IMG/VR virus record: IMGVR_UViG_3300014492_000001
Span: 1 to 52,761 of that record
Length of the DNA stretch: 52,761 nt
Source of the DNA: a virus
Lineage: Duplodnaviria; Caudoviricetes
Direction: 5' to 3' (one strand)
Below are positions 10,043-19,150 of this stretch, one piece after another; the first letter of the stretch is position 1; every line of letters starts with the position of its first letter. The translations under genes and the position numbers were made by a program. The notes under the pieces were generated by a model. That model worked only from the letters and a program-made list of their open reading frames with translations, was not told the DNA's origin and ran no database searches.

Positions 10043-11257
10043 ATGGCGACTACGCTACCAACACCAACAGACATCGCGGACGATTACCTCGTTTATTTAA
10101 GTAGCCTTCAACCCGACTTGAATGTCGATCAAGAGGATTCTGACTGGTGGATTCGTTCTCGCGTAACGGGTGGGGTGGTTGCTGGCGTTTATGCAGATAA
10201 TTATTTAATCTCTCAAGACGCTTTCCCTCAGAACGCGCGCCAAGACGCCATTGCCCAATGGCTGATTACCCTTTTCGGAAACGATCCAGTTCAGGGTAAC
10301 TTTCTTCCGGCGACGATATCTCAAGGATTCGCGTCAGTAACAGGAAACCCAGGGCAAGTTGTTTCCGTTTCTCTTCAGGCTATCTATGGTCCTAATGGAA
10401 ATGCCTATACGGTTCAGGCTGCCACCACCCTTGATTCTATAGCTGGAACAGGTCTTGTCCCCTTTCAATCAGTTGGGACTGGTCAAAACCAGAACCTTAA
10501 CGCGGGTGCGATCATTACCTTTCCATCCCCACCAGCAGGATTAAACTCTACCGCGGTTGTTGCTTCTGGTGGTTTCTCGGACGCCACCGACCAAGAATCT
10601 CTGACTGCAGCGCGTGCGCGCGTTTTAACTCGAATTAGAACTCCTCTTGGTGTTGGAAGAGTTTCAGATTATATACAGTACGCTGAAGAAGCAGACCCCT
10701 CGGTTACCTCGGCCTCCGTATCGCGCTATCCATTTGGTCTTGGGACCGTAGGGGTCTACATTACTTCCGGGACAAATAATATTGATGCCGCCGTAGATGC
10801 GGGTGAGCCAATCAACGTAATCCCATCACAGCAACTTATTGATACGGTTCAGGCTTATCTAGATATCAATAGTCCGGCTACTGACTGCGTAACTGTTTTG
10901 GCTCCTTCCGCTGTAGCTATTGACGTGAATGTTCAAGTCTCTTTATCTCAGGGAACCCTGGACACGATTCTTGCCGGTCAGAGCTTATCCCAGCGTCAGT
11001 TAATTCAAAGAGAGGTCTCGAGAGCACTGTATAAGACTCCAGTTGGGGGAAGAATCCTTGGAGCTTCTGGGTATGTTTTAGCGTCTGATATTGAACAGAG
11101 TATCGACGTAACTCTTTCCGCAGAAGCTACGGAAACGGGGACTATCCCGATCCTTCTAGATCGCCGCGTATTTCCGCTTACGGCTACTGGATACAATAGA
11201 ACGATCCTGCCTCAAGAAGTTCCAATACCAGGTACGATCACGGTCACGGTGTTCTGA
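10043..11257 (+). CDS. Baseplate J / Mu gp47-like
   Basis: 'DQESLTAARARVL', 'GRVSDYIQYA', 'GLGTVGVY'. Confidence 0.9.
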   Translation: MATTLPTPTDIADDYLVYLSSLQPDLNVDQEDSDWWIRSRVTGGVVAGVYADNYLISQDAFPQNARQDAIAQWLITLFGNDPVQGNFLPATISQGFASVTGNPGQVVSVSLQAIYGPNGNAYTVQAATTLDSIAGTGLVPFQSVGTGQNQNLNAGAIITFPSPPAGLNSTAVVASGGFSDATDQESLTAARARVLTRIRTPLGVGRVSDYIQYAEEADPSVTSASVSRYPFGLGTVGVYITSGTNNIDAAVDAGEPINVIPSQQLIDTVQAYLDINSPATDCVTVLAPSAVAIDVNVQVSLSQGTLDTILAGQSLSQRQLIQREVSRALYKTPVGGRILGASGYVLASDIEQSIDVTLSAEATETGTIPILLDRRVFPLTATGYNRTILPQEVPIPGTITVTVF

Positions 11258-11955
11258 TGCCAATTTTTCTTCAGGCTCAGGACGTATATCGGATCATACA
11301 GCGAGAGCTGCCGCCCGATGACGTGTATCCAGATGGAGCGCCAGATGCCTTTTATTCAACGTCCGACAGCTTTGCGACCGCGAAAATCATCGCCGACTAT
11401 TATTCGGTCCTTCAGAATACTTACGAGAATAACTACCCTAATACGGCTGTTGACCGACTCGCGGACTTTGAGTTTCTTTATTTTGGCTATACTTTGGATG
11501 CTTCTCTTTCGGTGGATGAGAGGCGGTCCCGGCTTTTAGCGAAGATCCGCACTCAAAGAAGAACCACTTCTGCGGATCTTCTTGCTGCGGTTTACACCGT
11601 GATCGATCCCAGCATTTTGGCTGAAATCGTTCCTTGGGGTTGCGGTTGTAATGGTTGGGTTCTGGATGTTTCTCAATTAGAAATCTCGACCATCCTCAAT
11701 GAGTTCAACGGTCTTGAGCGAGTCGGACCAAATCTTTGTCAGTTGGACGCAGCGGATTATGGATTCACTCAACAACAATTTGAAGATCTTCAAGCGCAAG
11801 CTTATACCTACGAAGTGAGAATTTACGGCTATACTCTCAGTGAGACGGAGAGATTCAACCTTGACCAGACGCTTCTTCAAGCTGAAGATGCAAGAGACCT
11901 GCACATCATCGTGGATGGCCTTAACCCGAATGATGCGATAGGGGGAGACACATAA
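11257..11955 (+). CDS. Baseplate wedge (Mu gp48 / DUF2313-like)
   Basis: 'SVDERRSRLLAKIR'; follows baseplate J. Confidence 0.75.
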   Translation: MPIFLQAQDVYRIIQRELPPDDVYPDGAPDAFYSTSDSFATAKIIADYYSVLQNTYENNYPNTAVDRLADFEFLYFGYTLDASLSVDERRSRLLAKIRTQRRTTSADLLAAVYTVIDPSILAEIVPWGCGCNGWVLDVSQLEISTILNEFNGLERVGPNLCQLDAADYGFTQQQFEDLQAQAYTYEVRIYGYTLSETERFNLDQTLLQAEDARDLHIIVDGLNPNDAIGGDT

Positions 11956-13865
11956 TGGCGAACGATTCCACAGCTTTCCTGTATTGGTACAGACGTTACA
12001 AAGTCCGCGCTGTGGATATGACCAACTTCCAAGAAGCGATGGTTGAAACCGCTCGTGGTGTAGCTGAGGCCGGTTTTGGCGCTGCGGTTCTTAAAGGTTT
12101 TCAAGTTACTCCCGGATCTGGCTCTTCCGTTAATGTGAGCGCTGGTATTGCTTCTGCTCCGAGCGGTTACCTAGAAGTCATCAATGAAGCCACAGTCTTA
12201 GACGTTTCTGAAGCCGTCTCGGGGGCCTTCCCTTGCCGCTCTCTCGTCGTAGTCACCGCTGTCCCGACTGACGCAAACAACATCAACTCGCCAACCGACC
12301 CAAGCCTTCAAGTTCCGTTGAACAGTCTTCAAGAAGCTGAGATCTTTTTAATTCCAGGAACACCTTCTCAAAATCCTGTCTATCCTTCAAAGGGTCCAAA
12401 CGACACGATTCTGTGCGGACTTATTGTTCCTCCAGGCACGACTCAAATCACAACTTCCATGTTTGATTTCGAAGTGCGTGACTCCCTCGGGGTGAACTCT
12501 CTCATCGCTCAAAACCAAGTCCGCTTTGACGATAGACTTAGACCTTACAGAAACACTCCCACCGTTTTGGGTGTGAAGCCTTCTCAGAATGTGGGATCTG
12601 GTCCTTTCGGATTTACTTATCCTGGTCGCTTAAACCCAAGCAAGTACCCTCTCGCTGGTGGAAATTATTCGAGCGCAGACTCATTTTATGACTTCGCTAC
12701 GGGAGTGATTACTGGCGGTGACTCTACAACCCCAATGTTCTCCCCCTTTATCCCAAGCGGAAACAAAAGCGTTGTCTGCCTCGTTGTTCTGACTTCTGCT
12801 GACGTTCTTAAATTCAATTTCGGAAATGCTGGCGGATACGCTCAGTGTTTGGCCGCGATTCAGAATCAAGACTTCTCCGGGGGGGCCGGAAGTCTACCCG
12901 CTCAGGATGGGAATTTTCCTGTTGCCTATGTAATCATCAGCTCTTTCGGTGGTGCGATCTCCGATATTCAAGTCATCGACTCTCGCGCGTTCTTAGGATC
13001 TGGCGCAGGGGCTGCGAAGTTTCAAAAGGAAGTACCCGTTGGTTTGGTTAACGGAAGCAATAACCTGTTCGCTCTTTCAAGTGCTCCTGTAGACCCATTG
13101 AGTTTAGATTTCTACGTCGGCACGAATCTTTTAGAAAAGTCTGACTACACCCTTAACGGAAACGAAGTCACGATCACGAACGCCTCTTTGATCCCCTATG
13201 CGGGTCAATCGGTTTACGCGAGCTATTTAATTTCTGGAGCCGTAGCAAACGCCGGTGGTGCCGGCACTGTAGGCGCTAAGTTCACTTCTGAGGTTCCTTC
13301 TGGAACAGTAGACGGCACTAATAACGTGTTTACTCTAGCGAACACTCCAATTGATCCCGAGAGCGTCTTCTTTTTTGTTGGGGTGAACTGCCTAGAGTCA
13401 ACCGATTACTCGATTAGCGGGACTACTATTACGATTAGTAATTCTGATTTTATTCCGGTCCCAGGTCAAAGCGTTTACTGCAAATACCTCTATTCTGGGA
13501 TTATTCCTGGGGGTGGAGGAGGCGGCGGTGGGAGCGGTTCGTCGGGATACGTGGCTCACGGTTCCCCAGGCTCACCAATTCTAGTCGTCTCGATGACGGC
13601 TGTATCTGGATCGAATGACCCACTTCAGACCCTTTTCCTAGCGACTGCAAGCGGATCTTTTAATGTGGGTTCCAATCCACAGATTAGACCTGGTGTGTCC
13701 GTCGGTCAGGTTATTAAGCTTAAAGGCGTTGACCCTGTAAACTACCCGATTTTCCAAGACGGAAGCGGCCTCGATTTGAATGGGGCTCTTTATCTAAAAC
13801 AAGGACAGGCTGCCGAACTCAGCTGGAACGGCTCCGTCTGGAGCGAAGACTCAAGGAGAATGTAA
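11955..13865 (+). CDS. Proximal tail fibre / baseplate-anchored fibre (no signal peptide)
   Basis: Follows gp48-like gene; two internal repeats (EVPxGxVxGxNNxFxLxxxP); Gly linker; C-terminal 'LSWNGSVWSE'. Confidence 0.8.
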   Translation: MANDSTAFLYWYRRYKVRAVDMTNFQEAMVETARGVAEAGFGAAVLKGFQVTPGSGSSVNVSAGIASAPSGYLEVINEATVLDVSEAVSGAFPCRSLVVVTAVPTDANNINSPTDPSLQVPLNSLQEAEIFLIPGTPSQNPVYPSKGPNDTILCGLIVPPGTTQITTSMFDFEVRDSLGVNSLIAQNQVRFDDRLRPYRNTPTVLGVKPSQNVGSGPFGFTYPGRLNPSKYPLAGGNYSSADSFYDFATGVITGGDSTTPMFSPFIPSGNKSVVCLVVLTSADVLKFNFGNAGGYAQCLAAIQNQDFSGGAGSLPAQDGNFPVAYVIISSFGGAISDIQVIDSRAFLGSGAGAAKFQKEVPVGLVNGSNNLFALSSAPVDPLSLDFYVGTNLLEKSDYTLNGNEVTITNASLIPYAGQSVYASYLISGAVANAGGAGTVGAKFTSEVPSGTVDGTNNVFTLANTPIDPESVFFFVGVNCLESTDYSISGTTITISNSDFIPVPGQSVYCKYLYSGIIPGGGGGGGGSGSSGYVAHGSPGSPILVVSMTAVSGSNDPLQTLFLATASGSFNVGSNPQIRPGVSVGQVIKLKGVDPVNYPIFQDGSGLDLNGALYLKQGQAAELSWNGSVWSEDSRRM

Positions 13866-14716
13866 TGAAAAAGTATTTGCTCTTATTATTAGCTTTATCG
13901 ACAGTTGTTTTTGCGAGTTCTACTCGAACGGTAACGGATGACCAACTCACATCCCCAGACGGTTCTAAAGTTTGGTCTATGCCCGCTGCGACCGATACAA
14001 TTCTTGGACGTGCCACTACGGATACGCTCACGAATAAATCAATGTCCGGTGCGAGTAATACCTTTACTCTCATTCCTGTTGGAGCGATCGGGGATGGAAG
14101 CGTCCTTTCCGGATCTAATACAGGGGACGTTACGCTGGGAACCGCGAATGGACTTTCTCTTACAGGACAGGCCCTTTCTCTCGGTACTTCAAGCACCTCA
14201 ACTACTGGGGCCCTCACTTCGACTGATTGGAACACTTTCAACGGAAAGCAATCAGGACCACTCACTGGAGACGTGACCACGAGTGGCGCGGCTGCGACTC
14301 TAGCCACCGTGAACTCTAACGTGGGATCATTCACGAACGCAAATATCACCGTTAATGCAAAGGGATTAATTACTGCAGCAGCTAACGGAACCGGAAGCGG
14401 GACGACCGTTGTTGGGTCCACTGGAACCCCTACTTCGATTACCGCTGCAGGTGGTATCTCTTTCAGTGCTGCGAATGACACACTGAACTTCATTCAGGGT
14501 TCTGGCGGAGCTGTGACTGTAACGGCGAGCCCTCAGATTGCTGCTGGGACCGCTGTAGGACAAAAACTAGAACTCATCGGTCGTAGCGCAACCAACACGG
14601 TTACTCTCGCAGATGGTACGGGACTTTCTTTAAACGGAACTTGGGTGGGTGGACTTCAGAGCGTGATCGGTTTACGTTGGGACGGAACCGTATGGACTGA
14701 GCGCTACAGGAGATAA
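13865..14716 (+). CDS. Tail-fibre-like protein with Sec signal peptide
   Basis: MKKYLLLLLALSTVVFA|; fibre motifs 'LTSTDWNTFNGKQ' and 'ITVNAKGLIT'; C-terminal domain paralogous to 11955..13865. Confidence 0.75.
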   Translation: MKKYLLLLLALSTVVFASSTRTVTDDQLTSPDGSKVWSMPAATDTILGRATTDTLTNKSMSGASNTFTLIPVGAIGDGSVLSGSNTGDVTLGTANGLSLTGQALSLGTSSTSTTGALTSTDWNTFNGKQSGPLTGDVTTSGAAATLATVNSNVGSFTNANITVNAKGLITAAANGTGSGTTVVGSTGTPTSITAAGGISFSAANDTLNFIQGSGGAVTVTASPQIAAGTAVGQKLELIGRSATNTVTLADGTGLSLNGTWVGGLQSVIGLRWDGTVWTERYRR

Positions 14717-14719
14717 CCC

Positions 14720-15088
14720 GTGAAACTAATATCGCTTCTGCTTCTCTTCTCTCTGAGTGCGTTTGCAAGCTCTACAAGGCTTCAGCAGGGCGACGTATTA
14801 ATTTCGTCCGATACTACTAAGACCTGGACTCCCGGAGGACCTACAGGGACCCTGATGAATTCCTCCGGGATAGTTCAAGAAATCCCCGCTGGCACCTGTA
14901 ACGGGTCCACAACCACCTTTACCTTGGCGAACACCCCAAACGTGGCGTTAACCGTTTCTCTCTATCTGGACGGTTTACTTTTGCTGCAAGGAGCCGGTAA
15001 GGATTACACCATTTCAACTGCAACCATAACTTTAACAACCGCTTGCGCGACTGGACAAACCCTAACCGCCAGCTATTCTAAGTACTGA
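14720..15088 (+). CDS. Small fibre-domain protein with Sec signal peptide
   Basis: MKLISLLLLFSLSAFA|; 'EIPAGTCNGSTTTFTLANTP' is paralogous to the fibre repeat. Confidence 0.75.
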   Translation: MKLISLLLLFSLSAFASSTRLQQGDVLISSDTTKTWTPGGPTGTLMNSSGIVQEIPAGTCNGSTTTFTLANTPNVALTVSLYLDGLLLLQGAGKDYTISTATITLTTACATGQTLTASYSKY

Positions 15089-15095
15089 GGAAAAT

Positions 15096-17129
15096 ATGAA
15101 ACTAATCTCCCTGATCTCAATCTTCGCCCTTCTGGCTTCGAACGCTTTCGCGGTCTCCAAGATCCAACAACAAGATATTACGACTCACGCGATTTGCTCG
15201 GCTGCAGGTGCGACCGACGCGAACTGTCTTCCTCTGGATTCTCAGGTTTATGTGGGAGCCTTAGGGATCAACCAAACTTTAAATTCCGCGATCACGGCTG
15301 GTCTCATCGGCGGATCGGGCGGCGGCGGTGTTCAGCTCCTCTCGAACGCTAGCTTTGAAAACGGAACCGCTGCGACGGGTTGGACTTTCACCACGATTAC
15401 GGGCTCTGCCAATACAACTTCCGTCTCGGCTGGAAAACAGTCTGAAGATCTGACTTATTCTTCTTCGACGGGGAGCATCGCTCAGAGCGTAACTCCGACT
15501 CCGATCAGTACCTTGAACATCCCCATGGAAGCGTCTTGTAAGGTCAAGACGACCGTTGGAGTGGCTGAAGTTTGTGCTTTGGTGAACGGCGTGAAGAGCG
15601 GATGTACTGCGGCTTCGGCCTCTGGTGCTTTCACTTATGTTCCTGTTAATTTTCAAGGTCCTACAGATGGAACCACCATCGGCGTGATGGTCGATGTGAC
15701 CAGCTCGACTTCTGGAATCGTAACGATCGATGATTGCTACGTGGGTCCAGCTCGAAATGGGGGAAGCGTTCAGCAGGCTCAGCTCGTAGGCGGGGTAACG
15801 ATCACGGGTTGCGCTTCAGGTTGGACTACGACCGGCACTTCTTATGCCGATTTTTCTACGGTTTCTGGTTGCACTTATACTCCTTTCGGTTCTGCCGTTG
15901 CTCCATCAACCAATCTTCCTGCCGTAAAGTTTCCTTCTCTCGGTGCCGGAAACTATGTCATCCAATATGAGGGGCAGTATCGTATCAACGGATCGTCTAC
16001 TGACACGGCTTATGTTCAGTTTTGGGACGGAACGAATACTGCGATTGAAAATTCGCAGGTTATTACAAATGCAAACTTCGTGGGTGTTCCTGGAATTAAC
16101 CAGTCGATTACCTACGCTTCCGCTCAAAGTAACGTAACTTTATCCCTTCGCGGAAAAGTTTCGACAGGCACGGTGACTGCCTCCATTTATGGGACCAACA
16201 CGTTCCCAGGCGTAATTAAGGTTTATTATTTTCCAACTCAATCTCAGCAAGCCTACAACCCTTCTCAGAACCCAGCGAGCTGGAGCGGAGTTCATCAGAA
16301 CTGCACAAACTGGGCGTTCACAAGCTCTACTTACGCTGATCCTGGAAACCCATCAAGCGGATCTTGCGCGTTAGTGCAAAGAACGAATAGAAATTTTGGA
16401 ACAGTAACTGGATACGTTGCTACCTCTGGCTCTACCGCCTTACCTGGGATTGTTTTTAATCCTCCAAGAACTGGAAGGTACTTAGTTACGGCGTCAACAG
16501 CCCTAGAGAGCGCAGCGGCATCTTCTTCCGGAGCTGTGTTAACGGACGGATCGGGTAATATTCTTTCCGGCTCCTCTAGAACGGGGGGGTCTGTCGGAGC
16601 TGTTTCTGCCTCGGTTTCTCTAATCGCATATTTGGATGTCACGACGACATCAAGTCCTTACACCGTAAAAATTCAAGTCGCGACTACGGGTGGAACCGGG
16701 TTCATATCCGATACTAATTTTACCAATCAGACTAACGTAGAGTGGGCCATTACTGAGCTAGATGCCCCCCAGTCGATGCCATTCCTTCAGGGAAACGTGA
16801 CTAGTAATACCCAGGGTTCAGAGCATATTGAGCGGGCTTCGATCGCTACTTCGTGCACCTCTACCCCTTGCACGATTACGAGTCAGTCCGGTTCTTGGTT
16901 GACATCTGTTAGTCGCGCATCAGCCGGAACTTACACGATGAACATTCTTTCTGGAGAGTTCTCTGCGACTCCAACATGCACGGTGGTCAATGGGGACGGG
17001 AACAACGTGGCTTATGGAGTGATCCAGGCGTCGGCTACATCTACGTCGGTTCCTTTCGATTCCTACGCCTCTTCTTCGAGCACGCTAACTGATTCTCGCT
17101 TTAATATTATCTGCATGGGAAGTCATTGA
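15096..17129 (+). CDS. Large Ser/Thr-rich receptor-binding-like protein with Sec signal peptide
   Basis: MKLISLISIFALLASNAFA|; CBM-like 'LLSNASFENG...GW'; 14 Cys; fibre-tip-like C-terminus. Confidence 0.72.
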   Translation: MKLISLISIFALLASNAFAVSKIQQQDITTHAICSAAGATDANCLPLDSQVYVGALGINQTLNSAITAGLIGGSGGGGVQLLSNASFENGTAATGWTFTTITGSANTTSVSAGKQSEDLTYSSSTGSIAQSVTPTPISTLNIPMEASCKVKTTVGVAEVCALVNGVKSGCTAASASGAFTYVPVNFQGPTDGTTIGVMVDVTSSTSGIVTIDDCYVGPARNGGSVQQAQLVGGVTITGCASGWTTTGTSYADFSTVSGCTYTPFGSAVAPSTNLPAVKFPSLGAGNYVIQYEGQYRINGSSTDTAYVQFWDGTNTAIENSQVITNANFVGVPGINQSITYASAQSNVTLSLRGKVSTGTVTASIYGTNTFPGVIKVYYFPTQSQQAYNPSQNPASWSGVHQNCTNWAFTSSTYADPGNPSSGSCALVQRTNRNFGTVTGYVATSGSTALPGIVFNPPRTGRYLVTASTALESAAASSSGAVLTDGSGNILSGSSRTGGSVGAVSASVSLIAYLDVTTTSSPYTVKIQVATTGGTGFISDTNFTNQTNVEWAITELDAPQSMPFLQGNVTSNTQGSEHIERASIATSCTSTPCTITSQSGSWLTSVSRASAGTYTMNILSGEFSATPTCTVVNGDGNNVAYGVIQASATSTSVPFDSYASSSSTLTDSRFNIICMGSH

Positions 17130-17473
17130 TGAAACAGGTGAGACCGAGAACCATTGACGGATATAGAGAGAAGCTTAATCAGCTTTCTGTTTCTAGTAGC
17201 AATGGTTGCGTAGAGTTTTCTGGACAAAGAAACAAAAAAGGATATGGGAAAATTAAGTTCTTTCGCCGCGATGTCCGAGCACATCGTCTCGCATACGAGT
17301 TAAAGTTCGGCCCAATCCCCGAGGGTTTGTATGTCCTTCACCGGTGCGACAATCCGCCATGCATAAACGTAAATCATCTTTTTCTAGGAACCGCTAGGGC
17401 TAACGCCGTTGACCGAATGCTAAAGGGTCGCGGAAATAATCAATACACCGTGGTCCTCACTAAGGAGGTCTGA
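17126..17473 (+). CDS. HNH endonuclease (likely ATG 17129)
   Basis: 'RAHRLAY...VLHRCDNPPCINVNHLFLGT'. Confidence 0.9.
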   Translation: MMKQVRPRTIDGYREKLNQLSVSSSNGCVEFSGQRNKKGYGKIKFFRRDVRAHRLAYELKFGPIPEGLYVLHRCDNPPCINVNHLFLGTARANAVDRMLKGRGNNQYTVVLTKEV

Positions 17474-17662
17474 GTGGTTAGAAAATCTCACGAGTTAACT
17501 GATCGAGAGCTTCTCATTCGGATCGACGAGAGGACCATCTCTCTTCCTAAGGACCGCGCTAGGATCGCCCGTCTTGAGGTCTTCGCGATTGTCGTCGTCG
17601 TCATAGCCTGCCTTACGATCCCTAAGCTCGCTGACTTAGTCGCAAAGTTCCTCTTCGCATGA
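17474..17662 (+). CDS. Small membrane protein, holin candidate
   Basis: Strong SD AGGAGG; one hydrophobic segment; precedes the putative lysin. Confidence 0.5.
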   Translation: MVRKSHELTDRELLIRIDERTISLPKDRARIARLEVFAIVVVVIACLTIPKLADLVAKFLFA

Positions 17663-18039
17663 CCAGGTACCTAGAACGAATAAGGCAAGACGACTCCAGT
17701 CTCTACGGCCTCATGAAAGGCGACGGTTACGTGAAGCTTGGGGTTACCCTAGAGCGCCTCTTTTACGGGAAACCAAAGATCCCTGCCGGTACCTACGTCT
17801 GTAAGCGCCGGTTCTCTGGAAGATTTCAGTGCGATGTTTTCGAAGTGACTGGCGTCCCGTTTTGCACTTTTATCGAAATTCACCCCGCTAATTACGTCAC
17901 TCAACTCGAGGGCTGCGTAGGAATCGGTACGGCGTTCGGTCCCGATATGATCACTCAGAGCCGCCTTGCGTTCGACAAGTTCATGGCGGACCTTCAAGGA
18001 GTTGACGAATTCAACCTCATAGTCTCGGACCCATCTTAG
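17659..18039 (+). CDS. DUF5675-family protein, candidate endolysin
   Basis: 'TLE...IPAGTY...VP...IEIHPAN....LEGCVGIG'. Confidence 0.75.
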   Translation: MTRYLERIRQDDSSLYGLMKGDGYVKLGVTLERLFYGKPKIPAGTYVCKRRFSGRFQCDVFEVTGVPFCTFIEIHPANYVTQLEGCVGIGTAFGPDMITQSRLAFDKFMADLQGVDEFNLIVSDPS

Positions 18040-18118
18040 GGTTCTTAAAGGCATTCTGGCACTGGATCTTGACGGCGTTGTGGCTTCCAGTAGAGTGGTG
18101 GCTGTACCGGAGATCTGC

Positions 18119-18127
18119 TGGTATAAT
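18119..18127 (+). promoter_or_regulatory. Extended -10 promoter
   Basis: TG-G-TATAAT about 40 nt upstream of ATG 18168. Confidence 0.55.
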
Positions 18128-18167
18128 TTTCTGGATAGTTAAAAAACTTTTAAAAAGGGGTTCTCAA

Positions 18168-18443
18168 ATGTCTGTAGATAAAGTGATTAAAGTTGGTTCT
18201 GCTGGTCAAATCGAAATCGTAGTGGCTGCTGGAGTAGCAACCGTGAAGGTCTCTCTCGCTGCTGCTGCCGGTGGTGGTGAGTTTGCTGGAGTTCTTAAGG
18301 GTTCTGCTTCTATCGAAGTAGACGTGAGTGAGAAGGAATTGGTTGACGCTTTGGCCGCTTTGGCTGAAAAAGCTGTTCCGGCTCTTGCTCCTGAAATCGC
18401 AGCGGCAGACGCGATGGTTGACGCCAACCTTGCAGCTCAGTAA
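18168..18443 (+). CDS. Ala/Val-rich hypothetical protein (lysis region)
   Basis: ATG 18168 with AAGGGG SD; followed by hairpin 18450-18477. Confidence 0.6.
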   Translation: MSVDKVIKVGSAGQIEIVVAAGVATVKVSLAAAAGGGEFAGVLKGSASIEVDVSEKELVDALAALAEKAVPALAPEIAAADAMVDANLAAQ

Positions 18444-18483
18444 TTCTTAGGGCTCGTCTTCCCCAGAGGGCGAGCCCAATCTT

Positions 18484-18858
18484 ATGACGACCTCAGTATC
18501 TCCTACACTCACCCAAGCCGAACAAATCGCCTACGACCTATTCTGGAAGCCCATGATTGATGCCGGGAAGGCCGCTCTATTCGTAGCGGTGCCAGAGCTC
18601 AACGCTCCTATCCTTGGGACTATTGATAACGCGATTATTGACGTCATCTCTAACGTGGTGTTTAACCAACTAAGACTCTTCATTGATGTAACGGAAATTA
18701 AGTTTGTAAGCGCGGCTCATATGAAGGCTTATACGACTGAAAACTTAAAGCTCGCGCTGATCGCGAAACAGGATGGGGTAAACTCGAATGCCTACCAGAC
18801 CGAAAAAGCAGTTTCTCTTCAGACTCTCTCTGTGTTTCTCCGCATGCCTGGCTCTTAA
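18484..18858 (+). CDS. Hypothetical protein (lysis region)
   Basis: ORF overlapped at its 3' end by a lipoprotein gene. Confidence 0.55.
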   Translation: MTTSVSPTLTQAEQIAYDLFWKPMIDAGKAALFVAVPELNAPILGTIDNAIIDVISNVVFNQLRLFIDVTEIKFVSAAHMKAYTTENLKLALIAKQDGVNSNAYQTEKAVSLQTLSVFLRMPGS

Positions 18859-19150
18859 TGCCTGCGTGACGGTTCATAACTTCTTCGGGTGCAAGCAAAC
18901 TCCTGACGGAAGCGGCCAGTGCGCGGAAACTAATACGGGTTTCGCTAAGAATATTACTCAGGACGAGTACGTGAATCTCCTCGTCGGTAACACGGCTTTA
19001 GGGGATGGCCCTGCGATTTGCTTCCCGCCGTCTCAAGTGAATGAGATGCAGAAGGAATTAGCACTAGCCTGTCGTGAGCTGGGGAATAAATGTAACTACG
19101 ATCATACGCCCGTACTGATAAGTTTTATTTTCCAAGGAGTTCAAAAATGA
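18788..19150 (+). CDS. Cys-rich lipoprotein, o-spanin-like candidate
   Basis: Basic N-terminus, hydrophobic core, lipobox LNAC; overlaps the upstream gene. Confidence 0.55.
   Translation: MPTRPKKQFLFRLSLCFSACLALNACVTVHNFFGCKQTPDGSGQCAETNTGFAKNITQDEYVNLLVGNTALGDGPAICFPPSQVNEMQKELALACRELGNKCNYDHTPVLISFIFQGVQK

Noticed and set aside
13819-14493. 224-aa antisense ORF over the fibre gene
   Set aside because: Mirror of Thr/Gly/Ser codons; no independent signals.
15096-17129. Diversity-generating retroelement or invertible fibre cassette
   Set aside because: No reverse transcriptase, invertase or template/variable repeat pair detected.
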